Of a stretch of DNA of 64,000 nt, positions 51,832-64,000 are shown in pieces; the stretch's first letter is position 1, and each line of letters opens with the position of its first letter. Location of the stretch: NCBI GenBank assembly GCA_001244265.2, contig CDLV01000011.1:186001-250000 (forward strand). Direction: 5' to 3'. Made by a program: the position numbers and the translations under genes. This stretch comes from Microbotryum violaceum. Its lineage: Eukaryota. The notes under the pieces are model-generated. The model ran no database searches. It was not told the DNA's origin and saw only the letters and a program-made list of their open reading frames with translations.

Positions 51832-52856
51832 ATGAGCAGTTCCCCTCTGTTGGGCGTCGAGGCGCTGTTGTTCGACGTCTTTGGGACGGTCGTCGATTGG
51901 CAAGGATCGGTGCATCGACAGTTGCAAGAACGCGTCAAGCAGGACGAAATAGGTGGGTCGGTGTGAAGCTTCTTTTTCACAACGACCGGAGAGCGTCGGG
52001 ATCGCTCATGTGCTGCAGGAATGCCTGGGCAGAGCTCGGCTCGATCGACTTGCTGCAATTCACCAAGCAGTGGAGGGCTGGCTATATGCGCCGAACGTGA
52101 GCTTGCGGCGGCCCTCTCCTGACTATACACGGGAGACATATCATGATTACTGATAGTCTGTACCTCATCCGTCAGTCGGGAGATCGCCGGTGGGGCTCCG
52201 GGCCCTACGAATGTCGACCAACTGCACCGCGAGGTGAGCCCCACATTTCTTTGCCGACCGAAACGACGTCATCTGATGGTTCCCTCGGCTTACCTCTGAC
52301 TCCTATGCCACAGCTACTCGACGACCTCCTCAAGCAAGAGCAATACTCCCCTCTCCTCAAAGCATGGGACGAAGCCGCTTTAACCACCGTCAACCTCTTC
52401 TGGCACAACCTCGACGGATGGCGCGACTCGTCCCCCGGTCTCAGCTCCCTCGGATCTTTCGCCGACCGTCGAATCCTGAAAGGTACTCTCTCCAACGGTT
52501 CTGCCCGTCTCTTGATTGACGTCGCCAAACATGCTCAACTCGATTGGGATTTCATTTTCTCCGGCGACTTGTTGAATTCGTACAAGCCCAACCCGGCGAT
52601 GTATTTGGGGGCATGTAAAAAGTTGGACTTGGAGCCAGGGAAGGTGGCGATGGTCGCGGCGCATATTCAGGATTGTCGAGCGGCGAAGAGCTTTGGGTTG
52701 AGGACGATTTACGTACCGAGGGAAACGGAGGATAATCAGGCTATTGAGGACTTTGAGGCGGGTAAGGAAGGGGTTAAAGGGTGGAAGGAGGGGGGTGAGG
52801 TCGATGGAGTTGCAAAGGGGTTGGATGGGATTTGTGATTTGTTGAGAGGAGACTAG
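51832..52856 (+). CDS. Haloacid dehalogenase type II-like HAD hydrolase
   Basis: ALLFDVFGTVVDW, WHNLDGWRDS, TLSNG, YKPNPAMYLGA, MVAAHIQD, GLRTIYVPR. Confidence 0.92.
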
Positions 52857-53270
52857 GGATAAATGGTGTTGAATACGTGATTTGAATGAGAAATTACTTT
52901 TGGAGTGGTAGGCGATGTGCTTCGACGGAAAGAGCTTTTCCGAGGAAAGTGCTGGCCGGCTCCTCGAGCCTCTTTGAGCCTTCGGCCAAGGTCCCGTGAC
53001 CTGGCGCGTCGAGGCTGTGTCTCCGGCTTGGAATGCTCGTTCGACTCGAGCGATCGTCCTCGACTCGACGACGACGACCATCAAAGACCGTTATCCAACA
53101 ACATAGAAGCCCTTTTCGGATCTGGTCTACTCAAACAGGACATTCGTGCAGCTGTGCTCGAACGATTGCGACGATTTTGTGCTCCGAGTCGGGCCGGGGA
53201 TTGCGATCGCTCAACTCCCCAGTTCGAGCTCGCGTGGCTGTTTGACGACACACAGCCATAACACACGGCA

Positions 53271-55317
53271 ATGGGAGCCTTCAAAAACTTGTTCAAGACC
53301 AATCACTCGAAGCGTGATTCTCCAACCTCTACCTTGTCACCGTCACCCTCTTCGCCCTCCTCCTCGTCCTACTCCAACACCACCACGGGCCCGAACCCGA
53401 CGACAGCAACCTACTATGCGCCGCCTTCGTCACGTCCAGTCTGGGCACCCAACACCGAGTCCACATCCTTCCGACCTTACACCTCTGGTTTCGGCCCACG
53501 CAACCTCGGTGAATCCCGACCATGGTCCCACTACGCCTCAGCCTCGAGCAATAGCAGCCCTCCACAATTGCAGACTCGAGCGTACCCACCCGTCGTCGCT
53601 TCGGCAAGCACACCGGACCTCGCTGCGATCGGCAACATGATGTGTCATCAAATGAGCACCGTTCGACTCGATTCGGAAAGGGGAAGGGACATGTGTTGGT
53701 CGTGCCATACGCCACCGGCACTCGCCACACCTCCAAAAACGTCGAATAGGCCACCATTGCCGGGGCCTCCAAGCTCCTCGAGCAAGCCGGCAATCTCGGC
53801 TTCAACCTCGGGTTTGCCTCAACAGTCCGTGAGGGCTGTTCCAGGGAAGATTCACCCCTCATCTTGGAAAGATAATGTCCAAAATCCGGTCTCAGGAACC
53901 TATCTTCCCTCGAGGCCTTCTCAGCACTCGTACCATTCTTCTACCCCTACCGGACCTCCCCCGATACCACCGAGGAATTTGTATCCCCCGCCTTCATCCA
54001 CAGGCTCGGCACCTTCTCGACCGACTTTGAGACTGTACCCACAAGCGATTCCGCTCGATCCTAAAGCAACTTTGCCTTCCCCGCCTAGAGGCCTCGATCC
54101 ATTCCGTCAGACCGTGCCGCCCTCTCCTCAACTACCTGCTGGCCTTGCCGATCGAGGAGGAGCCGGAGCCGAGATCGGGCTGGGTCGACCTGGGTCGATG
54201 CAACTTTTCCATCCGAGTGGTCAATATCGCAGTAGAAATATCACACCTCAGCTTCCGGGTGCATTTCCTAAAAGTGCTGGGATCGAGGCTACGACTTTAC
54301 CTCCGGCTTCAGCGGGCATCAAACCCAAGCGACAGGCCAACAAGCCGATCGAGGCGCCGACCCAGAAGATTGTCTCGCCTACTTCGAATCCGGGAAGGGA
54401 GAATGTGACCCCTGCCAAGACATCTTCATCAGCTCAGCGGCGGTCGGGCACCTCCAAGGCTTACACTCCTACCTCTACTTCATCCAGCAAACCTCGTGTC
54501 CAATGCAGCGGCACAACGACCTCGAACAAGCGCTGCACGCGCATGGTTGAATCCACCTCGGGTGACCTCTCCTCCCCTGGTCCTTTACACAATCTCCATC
54601 TCGCTTCCTATTGCCACCAACATCTCAAAACGTCCCTTTCGGAACCGGGGTGTTTTGTTTTGTCGAAAACGAGGGGCGGGGAACATTGGGTCGAGTATGC
54701 GGATTGGATTTTAAGTGATTTGGACGAGAGAACGAAAGTGTTATTGAGGCGTGAGATGGCGAATGCGGTTTCGGGGATGGATTCGGAAGGGTACGTGGTA
54801 GATTTTAAATCATCGTAAGATCGTGCCCTTGCTAACAACTTTTGAGTTCCATTCCCTTTCGGAGCGAAACAGCTACCTCTACGTCCATGAATTTCCGCCC
54901 ATGTCCAGCACCACCTCCACGACCTACTTCAAGATCGGTCGCTCCGTCAAACCGCTCTCGCGTCTCTCGCAATGGAAGAACCAATGCCCTTCTCGAAGAC
55001 CGATCGTAAGGGACGTATTACCCCGAGCGAACTCTACATCGAGGCCCGTCGGAGCGACGATGCAGTTCGCCGAACGAGGGGCGCCGAACCATCATCGGTG
55101 GGAAAGGTTGGTGTTGATCGAAGTGGCGGGAAGAGCAAAGATGATGGCCTTGTGCTCGGATCAAGGCAAGAGGAAAGGAGACACGGGTTCTCCGCCATGT
55201 GGGGATTGTGGTCAAAGGCATATCGAGATGTTTGAACTCGGGAAGGGGGCGTATGATTTGTGGGTCAGGGATGTGCTCGAGAGGTGGGAGAGGTGGTGTA
55301 GTGATGTGATCGGGTGA
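53271..55317 (+). CDS. DUF1766/T5orf172 (MUG113-like, GIY-YIG-related) domain protein with Pro/Ser-rich N-terminus
   Basis: QCSGTTTSNKRCTR..YCHQH; intron 54791-54872; EGYLYVHE..FKIGRSVKPLSRLSQWKNQC, ERLVLIE, CGDCGQRHIEMF. Confidence 0.82.
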
Positions 55318-55655
55318 GAAGGTTTCTTATTGGGATTTTTGTTGTTGAATACTTTAGGAGATGCCCTTTAAAAGCGGATAGTCAGACGGGGAGCTCTGTC
55401 CGAGCGGGAGGCGCGCTTTTCCCCCTTTGTTTCATTGTCCAGGACCGGTCGAGCCCAACCCCACTTTGGTGCACTTTGGTGCACTTTGGTGCGCGTTTCT
55501 TTACGTTCTGCCGATTCCAAGACTTGCACATACCAGACACTTTTACTCCTCGACTCTTGAGTAGTACAGCAACACCATCCCTCAGCCCGTAACCGCTACT
55601 ACGTCCTCCACCAACACCGACCCCCACTTGTGCTTGTTGCTCGCGTACATCGACC

Positions 55656-57224
55656 ATGTCCTCGTCCTACGTCGCGTATGCCTCCCGACCAGGATGGGCA
55701 GACCTCGAACCAATCCCGCAGAAGGACGCTCCGAACGCTTTGGTGCCTATCGCGTATGCTGAGCCTTGTGAGTGAACAACAACACATCACACCCACCCGA
55801 ACCGCTCGTCAGCAGATGAGGTGTGCCTTGGCAGTCGTCCTGTGCAAGTGCAAGCTGAAGCTGAGACCCCGCGACGCTTCGTTTCGGTTCGTGTTGATGA
55901 TCAGACCGAGATGCGATGGACACCTTTCGTGCCTTGGTCCAGAAAGGGGAATTGAGTACCCGGGGCGTCGAATTGACCGAGGCGTTGATCAGGATGAACC
56001 CGGGCCATTATTCGATTTGGTTAGTCTGCCGAGTATCCGAGTCGAGCGAGGGTACGGCCCAGGTGGTAGTTGGCGTTACTGATGGAGAGGAGGGTCGTTT
56101 GGGTTCTGTGTGAACAGGGCTTATCGAGCTCAGACTTTATTGGCGATCAAGGCCGATCTGACCAAGGAACTCGATCTGATGGACGAGTTGATCAAGGAGC
56201 ACCTCAAGTCGTACCAAGTGTGGTCAGTGCCTCCCACACGCACAGTCCATAATGGGGGAACTTAGCTTCTTGGCTGTGTAGGCAACACCGTCGCACGATC
56301 GTCACCGCTTTGCAATCATCCTCACGCGAGATCCCGTTCACGACCCGTGCGCTGGCCTTTGACGCCAAGAACTACCATACCTGGGCCTATCGACAATGGG
56401 CGCTATTACACTTTTTCACACCTTCCAGCACCTCCCACATAGAAAACGATGTCGCTTCCACAAGTACTGCACATCAAGATCAGGATTTTTCAGCGCAGGT
56501 CTGGCAGGACGAGTTGAAATATACGGAGGAGCTTTTGGAGAAGGATGTGAGGAACAACTCGGCTTGGAATCATCGATTTTGGGTCGCATTTGAAAGTGGG
56601 ATGGGTGGGCGGCAGGATGGGGTACTGGGGAGGGAATTGAGGTGCGTTTTTTCTCCATTTGGTCAAGAAGTTCCCCGAGTCGAGATTTGCTCACATTTCG
56701 GGGTGAGCAGATATGTGAAGGACAAGTTGGCTTTGTCACCCAACAACCCTTCGGCTTGGAATTATCTCAGAGGGTCAGTTCCCGTTCCCTCCCTATACTC
56801 CGAGACCCGTACAATTAACGAACTGTCACCCCTACCCACCACCAGCATCCTCAAACAAACCTCAACCCCCCTCTCCGACCTGCGGACTTTCGTCCAACCC
56901 CTCGCACTAGGACAACGAGAAACATCGACTTCTTCAGACGAGCCTGAAATATCACAAGACGCCGAATTACCAAGTTGGTTGGCGATCGAGTTCCTGGCTG
57001 ATATCGCCGCTCAGGAGGCGAAGGGGAACCAGGACAAGGAGAAGGCGGGGGAGAGCGCGGCGGTGAGTTTTAGCTTTTGGCAATGATGTGGGATTGTGAA
57101 GACTGAATGGTGTTTTGATTCTGCTGTTTCGAACGAATAGCTCTTTCGCTCGTTGATCCAATTCGACCCGATTCGAACGAACTATTGGTTGTACAGGGCT
57201 GAACAGGTGGAGAGTGTCGCTTGA
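55656..57224 (+). CDS. RAM2: Protein farnesyltransferase/geranylgeranyltransferase-I alpha subunit
   Basis: PPTA repeats NPGHYSIW, KSYQVW, DAKNYHTWAYRQW, DVRNNSAWNHR and PNNPSAWNYLRG; terminal DPIRTNYW. Confidence 0.93.
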
Positions 57225-57401
57225 ATGGGCTAGGGTTGGTGGATTTCCGTTCGTTCTTGTCGCATCGCAAGTTTGTCATTTGTAATTGAAGGCTTTCATG
57301 TTCGTAAAGAAGCCGTAGCGCTTTTGAGAACGACAAGTCGGAGCTCTCCGTTGTATATTGCGATGTAGGATGATCGTTACAACTACCCACTTCATCCGCG
57401 C

Positions 57402-58248
57402 TTAAGCCTGCGCCGCTTTCTCCTTCTGTTCCAGTTCGATCCTCTCCGCCTCCTTGGTCAATCTCTCAATCTCCTCCTCGTTCCCCTCTGCACTCTCAGC
57501 CTCGATCACCTCCTCCCCCTCTACTGCCCGACCGCTCTCACCCTCTCCCACCTTCCCAACCCCCAACCCCATCTTCTCCAACAAATAGCCAACAACTTTT
57601 TCCCTCCTGACCCTCTCCTTCCCCCTGGGTGTATCCTGATCCTTCTCCTCCACGACGAAACTCTCGCACGCTTCTTCGGCTTCTTGAACGGCGGTCTTTC
57701 CTTTCAGGTTCTTGAGATCGTACGCGGATCGCGGGAGATGGGGGCAGAGTAGGTGCAATGTTGAGAGGTGGTAGTTGAGCGAGATCCAGTGCAGCGGGGT
57801 CGAGAGAGCTTCGTTCGAGGCGGTCAGGGATGTAGGGGATAGGTGGGGTAGTAGGTAGGAGATGATTCCTGCCCATGATGAAGAGGGATCAGCTACATGA
57901 GGTCAACTTTGCTCTAGGATGGTCGTGGGTGTGCTCAAGCCATGGCTGAGACCTCGCCGAGCCGAGAGCGTCCACCAGAGCTGCAGTGTAGCACACTTTT
58001 CCATCCCACCCACTACCCAAATTCACACGACGCAAAAAGAAAGACATACGATTATGCCCATTCGCGCCACTCAAATGCAAACACGTATTCCCCCTTTCGT
58101 CCTTGGCGTCTGCGAGCCATTCAGCTCCGTACTTGTCCACGAACGCTCGCATCTCTTCCAGGTCCTCTTCGTCGCCGTAGCGGGCGCACAGCAGCAGTTC
58201 GGAGATCTCTTCGGAGGTCGGCTGGGGTTTTGTTGTTGGTGTGGACAT
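57402..58248 (-). CDS. Small ankyrin-repeat protein (Yar1-like)
   Basis: LLLCARYGD..DERGNTCLHLSGANGH, then a second exon with N..RSTPLHWISLNYHL..DLKNLKGKTAVQEAE and an acidic tail. Confidence 0.8.
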
Positions 58249-59189
58249 GGTGGTGGCGGTTGCAGTTGCGGATGCGGTTGCGGATGCGCTCAGTTCGATG
58301 TGGGTTTAATCGCAGTTCAGAGGTTGCGGAGGGGCGGCAAAAGCGCTCGGCTGGCCTGAGCGCGCGCTCGGACCAGGTCATTTATCTTGGAAAGCTCCAG
58401 CATGGCTGACTTGAGCGTTGACGTCATGGGTGGGTCACCACACAGACGCTTTACGCACGCGCTATCTCTGTTTTTCTTTCCAGCTGACCTGTCCCAAACC
58501 ATTCTTGACGTACTTGTTTCCGGTTCATCCTTTCAAGACGTTGGAGTTTCAAATCGCCGGTCCGACAAAATTGGACCCTCCCCCCCCCAGCCGCGCGCGC
58601 TGATCGAATTCGACCCCGCCGATTCGGCGGAGTGTCGCGATTGACCTCAAGACAGGGGTGATCTCTCTGACAGATTGATGCACCATCTCGTCATACTCGG
58701 AGGTCATCTGGAACAAACTTAACTTGTCTTCCTTCGACCTGGTTCATGAGGTACAGGCCCGAAAGGGTCCAAACGCTGAAATGGCACCCCTCTTTCTGTC
58801 GCCCTCTGACCACGCGACGACCTCGGCTTGCATTCCACCGGTTCGGCAAATGACTCAGGCCCTACCATGACTCATGTGGCACCATGTGGAACGAGAGGTC
58901 AAGAGCACCGAAGGACGACGTGCTGTCGTCACGAGGCTCGGTCAAACCTGCGCTTCCACTCCTTCGACCGGTTCGACATATATCTCCACCAGTGGGATCC
59001 CGTTAGATTAAAGGACGGATAATATCCAAATCGCATGAGAATCGAAGAACAGTCTACATGATTTCAGCAGAGGTAAACAAAAACAAACAAAAGACGCAAA
59101 TATTTTCCATTCATCCGAGTCGCCGAAACAGCCTGCCCATTGAAACATTCGTGCAATGAGATCTGGACGGTGGCATGCTTTGTCGTTCG

Positions 59190-59370
59190 GCCACAGCCTT
59201 CGACCTTGTCCAAGACGAATTTCAACGGGTGCAATACCGTGGGTCATTCGGATACGTTGTACACAGCGCACGAATTTTATTTGTGTGTGAAGGGTCGCAT
59301 CATCAGAAAGGTACTCGACTACGTCTATGGTCTGGGATCGGCGTGGATTGAAGCAAGTGTGCTTGCAACT
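59190..59370 (+). pseudogene. Degenerate pectin methylesterase (CE8) fragment
   Basis: FNGCNTVGHSDTLY..GRIIRKVLDYVYGLGSAWIEASVLA aligns by eye with LYGCTIAAFQDTFF..GCIIRGKVDYLYGWGVLWVESSVLA of the downstream PME; the QD motif has become SD. Confidence 0.7.
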
Positions 59371-60945
59371 TTTAAGGCTTCGGATAAGTCGCGGCGTTGA
59401 AGTGGCTCTTATCAAACAGATTCTAGTGCAGTGTGAATCGAGAGCACTTGATACACATGACTGCGGAGCTTCGTGTTCTGACTCTCAGCCTCTGAGGCCA
59501 ACTGTTTTGACGTGCCGCCATACCCCGTTTTGCTCAGTTTCATCTCAAATCTCCACATTGTTACTGTGAGCACTTCAGTTCATCGAAGGAGGGCAGAGGC
59601 GTCGCTTCGGATTCAGCGTAAGTCTCCTACACCGGCTGAGGCCGTCCCTGCTGACGGCTTTCCCGACTGTGGCCTTCACTTGGAGTTGCCTCTTCAGATT
59701 TCCGGGAGGACCTTGAATGCCGATGACTTGCCTTAAGTTTTACATGAACGACTATCATCCACAGAAGTATCCTCGACCAATTATGACCATGGACTAACTC
59801 AAAGCGCGTTCCTCGAACCGGCTTCCATCGACCCGGGAGAATTTTCTGGCAGGCCAGTGATCTGCACCTCTCGAGCTCAACCTCTATAGCGGAATCCCAA
59901 TCCTCGGGACCGAGTTTCATCGCCAACAAGAAAATAAAACGTCATCGACCCGCATGTTATCAATGCCAATCACTTATCGTATACCCTGGACGAGCAGACT
60001 GCGAGCCAGTGAAAGCCGGACACCCTGTTCGCAGAGGCGGGAATGACTTGGATCGAATATATGTACCAGCGGACGGCATTTTATTGATACGGAATCTGTT
60101 GTTAATGTGTGCTCGAACTCTTTCTCGACTTCTTGCTTGCGCTGGCGGCTTGTCCACCTGCCCAATTGGGATTTCAGGGGCTTGCCCCTGGACTGCGGTG
60201 CGGAATTGCAATACATACGTTCAGACCAGATTTCATACCCTAGATTCTCTCCCTTCTTCTATTGCGGAAGAGCGTTGTTGTCGGCACTGGCGCAATTGCC
60301 CGATGAATCCGAGACCCTCCCAGCTGCAGATTGAGCCGCGTCGGTATGCCAAGCGCAGCATGCACGGAGGGGATCGCCTGATGCCGACCGAACGCACGCC
60401 GGTGTCCAGCGGCCGTCTGCGGATCTGCGTTGTCTTACCTGCTTTCTTCCGAGGCGAATGCATCACTATGCAGCACCAGTTTCAGCGATCGTTCCTCGAT
60501 CCTTCAGACTACGTCACGATTGATTAGAAATGCACTCGGATCCTTCGTCGGATCGGCTATGCAAGCTGGAGCTCTGAGGAAGGCCGTGAAACGCCGGGAT
60601 CCCGTGTCGGCGCCGGCGACAAGCTGAAACCGAACCTCGACCTCAATGGCGTGAGTCATGAAGCGGCCACTTACGTGCTCCCCAGCGGCGGACACTCGGC
60701 ATGATGAAGCCTACAGAAGAGTGGAATAACCTGGCAGATTGATTGCCGGATCGGGCAATACGAAAGTTTTTCTCCTTCTCTTCCCCTGGCAAAACCCAAC
60801 GGCAAACCTTGGCAGACAAAACGGCTCCTTTTCTCGAATGTCTGTACTCTAGAGCTACGCGCACGGTCGTTTACAGGCGTGACGTCATTATTTGGCCCAG
60901 GAAGTTAAGATATGCACCTTCCTTTTTTGTGCTCTTTGATCGCAG

Positions 60946-62844
60946 CCACTATGTAGGAGCAGAGAACAGGATCAGGAGGCTCTCGGTACGAACCGACGAT
61001 GCGAGGCTGAAACAAGCATTAGGCGCAAAGGAGCTCAGGCTCTGGTGGCACTCGGACCTGTCCTGTCCTCAAGCGAAAGGCGGGGGTTGAGTCACAGACC
61101 CAGCCGGTGTCATCTCATCCGAGTATTGGCCTCTTTCGGCATCATTTCCCCAACGGCCGCTTCAGCTCACTTCCGCACGATCCAGAAGGCTTTTGATTAC
61201 ATCGCCAAAAGTGAGCTTAACGCAACGGTCACGGTGTTGATCGGGAAGGGTCTTTACAAGACGGGTGTTCTTGTCGACCGTGAGCCTCCCACCTCAAGAC
61301 GTTGGCACCGCTTTTGACAGGGGCCACTCTGCTGACGGACGAGGGGTTGACTGTCTCCTTTCTTTCATGTGCAGATCCCGCACCAGTCACAGTCCTCGTA
61401 TGTCCGCGCACCCGGTATTGGATGCTGACTTTGAATTATGTTGGCTGACGTTTGTCCATGCACCGCTGTAAAGGGTCAAATCACAACCCCGGCTTCGGAT
61501 CCGGGGAAGTTGAACAACTCGGTGCGAATCGCGCGCAAACGAGCACTGCTTCAGAGCGATGGCTACCACAACGACGCGACCGCCACCTTCAAGATTAGCA
61601 ACAGCCCCGATTTCAAGATCTACAATATCGACATAGAACAGTTGCAGACGACAAAGATTGCATTGGCTTTCGCAGCCTTCTCGTCCAACGTAGGCCTCTA
61701 CGGCTGCACCATCGCAGCATTCCAGGACACGTTCTTTGTCGGTCCTCACGCGAATGTGTATATCCACGGGTGCATCATCAGGGGCAAAGTCGATTATCTG
61801 TACGGCTGGGGAGTGCTCTGGGTGGAAAGCAGCGTACTTGCCAGTCGAGCGCTCGGTGCCATCGTGGCGTGGAACGGCGACCTGTCCAAGACGAGTGGGG
61901 CGTGAGTTTCGTCCAATAAGTTCCTTGTTTCCGACCAGTACGACTGATTTTGATGGAGCGTTTTGCCGGTCCAGCTACATTTCTAACTCGCGGATCGAAA
62001 GCGTCAGTTCTCCGGTTCATCCGAGTCTGCCACCTCTCTTCCCACAATACACTTCAATCAAGCTGATCGAAGTCTTTTTCTCATGATTACTGCTCCCGTA
62101 GTCTATCGACGCCAAAAAAGGCTCACTCACACCAGTCGGTCAAGTGTTCGTCTCGTAGCGTCCTATTCGCCCGCGCTTGCTTGAGGAGCTGACACCACCG
62201 CCGTGAGTTTTTTTTTTTGCGCACAGAGCGCTGGGACGCCCGTGGACCAAAACCGCTCGCACAGCGTTCCTATCATGCGAGTTATCTAAGGGTGAGTCAT
62301 AAAGAAGTGCTCCTCCCATCCGGTAGCAAGCTAGCGAGATGGATGCCCGATCAATCCTGTACTTACAGGGAATTGACACTGCCGTTTCGCCGTTACAGTG
62401 ATCATTCCGACCGGTTTCAGCGTATGGTGGAACAGCGATCCACGACTAAGCAGTGAAACCTCCTTAGCCGAGTACAACTCTAAAGGCCCCGGTGGAACTA
62501 CGAGCGGTCGCAAAGTGGTACAACGTCAAGGCGAGGTCGATTCCAACCATCTCTCGTACATCTTGGACGAAGAGCGTGCCAAGCAGTTCAACATCAATAC
62601 GGTCTTCGCCCCGACTGGAGGCACGGGTTTCATCGACTTTGACTACAAGTACACAGCTGCTCAGGCCCAAGAAGTTCCGGATATGTCCCCAATCGCTAAA
62701 TCGACTTCCGGAACTCAGACACAACGTCACGACGCGGGCGGCCATGTCTTGCCGAAGGGAAGAAGTGGACTGCGGCGTGGAAGCTCCCGTTCGCATGGTA
62801 GAAGGAAGACCCACCACCGGAGCCACCCCCCTTCCAAGCACTGA
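60946..62844 (+). CDS. Pectin methylesterase (CE8); 5' end unresolved
   Basis: FRTIQKAF..VLIGKGLY, FQDTFF, VDYLYGWG, LGRPW and AEYNSKGPG across several exons; basic His/Arg tail. Confidence 0.88.
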
Positions 62845-63278
62845 AGTAATGATGAAGAGTTGTAGACTGTGAGAACGATCCATGAAGACGGCTCTGGCTT
62901 TATCGGTGTAGGACACGATCTCGCACCGACGGCTTCAAGTTCTGGCTCCCTGTTTCTCCTGTCTCCCTTTAGTGTCATTCATGACATATCTATCTAGACC
63001 CTCAGAGTAATCCTTCCGTCCACGTTGTTTTAAGTATTCTAAGTCATAAAATGCAGAGCGCTGTGCGCCGACGCTCCCCTTTTTTCTCCACTCCTATCTC
63101 CTCCTGGCCTGCATTTTGATCACCAGCGAGAATTACAAATACAGAGCCACTGATCTCGAGACGAGAGATCACGCCATCGTTCTGAAACAGTATGTTGAGT
63201 TTGAGGAGGTCGCGGAGGTACAAGTGCATGGAGCGTCTCCGATCTCGCGCTAATTTCGGGTGTTGAAGCGGTTACATA

Positions 63279-63438
63279 GTGTAAAATATGCGCCGTTGCT
63301 GTGCATAATCACTCTGTCGTTTTTGACCACCAGACAAAAATCAAGTCGAAACTACAATTCCCCAATCTAAGTTCCTCTGAGGCTGCTTATAAAACCGTCC
63401 TGCAAGGCGTCCCTTGCAGCTACTAGGACTTGCTTTTA
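63279..63438. repeat. Third, more degenerate copy of the fold-back repeat family
   Basis: GTGTAAAATATGCGCC..GTGCATAA..TCTGTCGTTTTTGACCACCAGACAAAAATCAAGTCG..CTCTGAGGCT..GACTTGCTTTTA resembles 13816-13958. Confidence 0.75.
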
Positions 63439-63706
63439 TTCCCGCCGATCGACGACGAACCGGCGATACCGGATGGCCGCCTCCAAAGTCCGTGTCCATC
63501 TTCGATTCATGAGTGGAAGCTACACTCGTACCGTTGCAAGATCACCGCGTGCGTGTTGGCCAATGCGCAGATGAAACCGATCTGGGCGGCATGCACCGCC
63601 CACTCAGGAAAGGAGCGCCGGACGGGTCCTTCCAGGGTGAAACACCAACTGACTGAGGTGCCCAGTCCCTCCCAATCCTCGCCGGGATGTTACCGGTATC
63701 GTGAAT

Positions 63707-63792
63707 CTCACCGGTCTCCCATCTTTTACTCTCATCGCTCTCCCATCTTTTACTCTCATCGCTCTCCCATCTTTTACTCTCATCGCTCTCCC
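63707..63792. repeat. 24-bp tandem minisatellite (~3.6 copies)
   Basis: Unit CTCATCGCTCTCCCATCTTTTACT, ending 36 nt before ATG 63829. Confidence 0.9.
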
Positions 63793-63828
63793 GCTATCTT
63801 CTCCACTTTATTTATCGTGTCCATCACG

Positions 63829-64000
63829 ATGGTGCAGGTCCACCACCGTCCCACAGGCATCAAGCGGCTCTTCTGTTGGGTCCTCGTTTTGCAACTAGCG
63901 TCGCTTTCGGCCTTCGCCGCGCTCGACACCGCTAAGCGCGAGGCGTGTCAGGTGTTCACCAACTCGCCAGATCTCTCGAAATGTCCCGTTGATACTATCT
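63829..64000 (+). CDS. N-terminus of a secreted protein, probably another pectin methylesterase (runs off window)
   Basis: MVQVHHRPTGIKRLFCWVLVLQLASLSAFAALDTAKREACQVFTNSPDLSKCPVDTI: a signal peptide plus an R..CQ...CP..TI motif that I recall from basidiomycete CE8 N-termini. Confidence 0.6.
   Translation, partial: MVQVHHRPTGIKRLFCWVLVLQLASLSAFAALDTAKREACQVFTNSPDLSKCPVDTI

Noticed and set aside
63707-63792. CRISPR-like array or LIALPSFT repeat protein (ORF 63701-63898)
   Set aside because: The units are contiguous without spacers, the genome is eukaryotic, and the ORF has a non-ATG start and overlaps a better gene in another frame.

Overview
This is intron-rich eukaryotic DNA from a basidiomycete fungus. 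The basis is GT-AG introns with CTRAC-like branch points, micro-exons, a PCNA carrying a long insert, and CE8/GT90 genes; a plant-associated Pucciniomycotina origin is only a guess. The supplied ORF track ignores splicing, so gene models were spliced by eye and boundaries are approximate where stated. Housekeeping genes present: HSP90 (3' end), La protein, TXNL1, MAD2, GUF1, an RBR E3 ligase, a fatty aldehyde dehydrogenase, PCNA, a TBC Rab-GAP, DNM1, MCM3, a Kar5/Tht1-like karyogamy protein, a HAD hydrolase, a DUF1766/T5orf172 protein, RAM2 and an ankyrin protein. Three accessory islands interrupt them. (i) At 13.8-16.8 kb: a fold-back repeat, a nested pogo/Tigger-like TA-duplicating transposon and a hidden small Cys-rich gene. 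(ii) At 41.1-51.4 kb, the most striking structure: a near-identical 2.9-kb inverted duplication of a secreted CxxC-rich protein gene, flanking a 4.5-kb spacer that holds a diverged third paralog with an 80-nt apparent gene-conversion tract. (iii) At 59-64 kb: a pectin methylesterase cluster. A doubly frameshifted fatty-acid-hydroxylase gene and a GT90 relic are also present. No rRNA, tRNA or CRISPR array was recognised.
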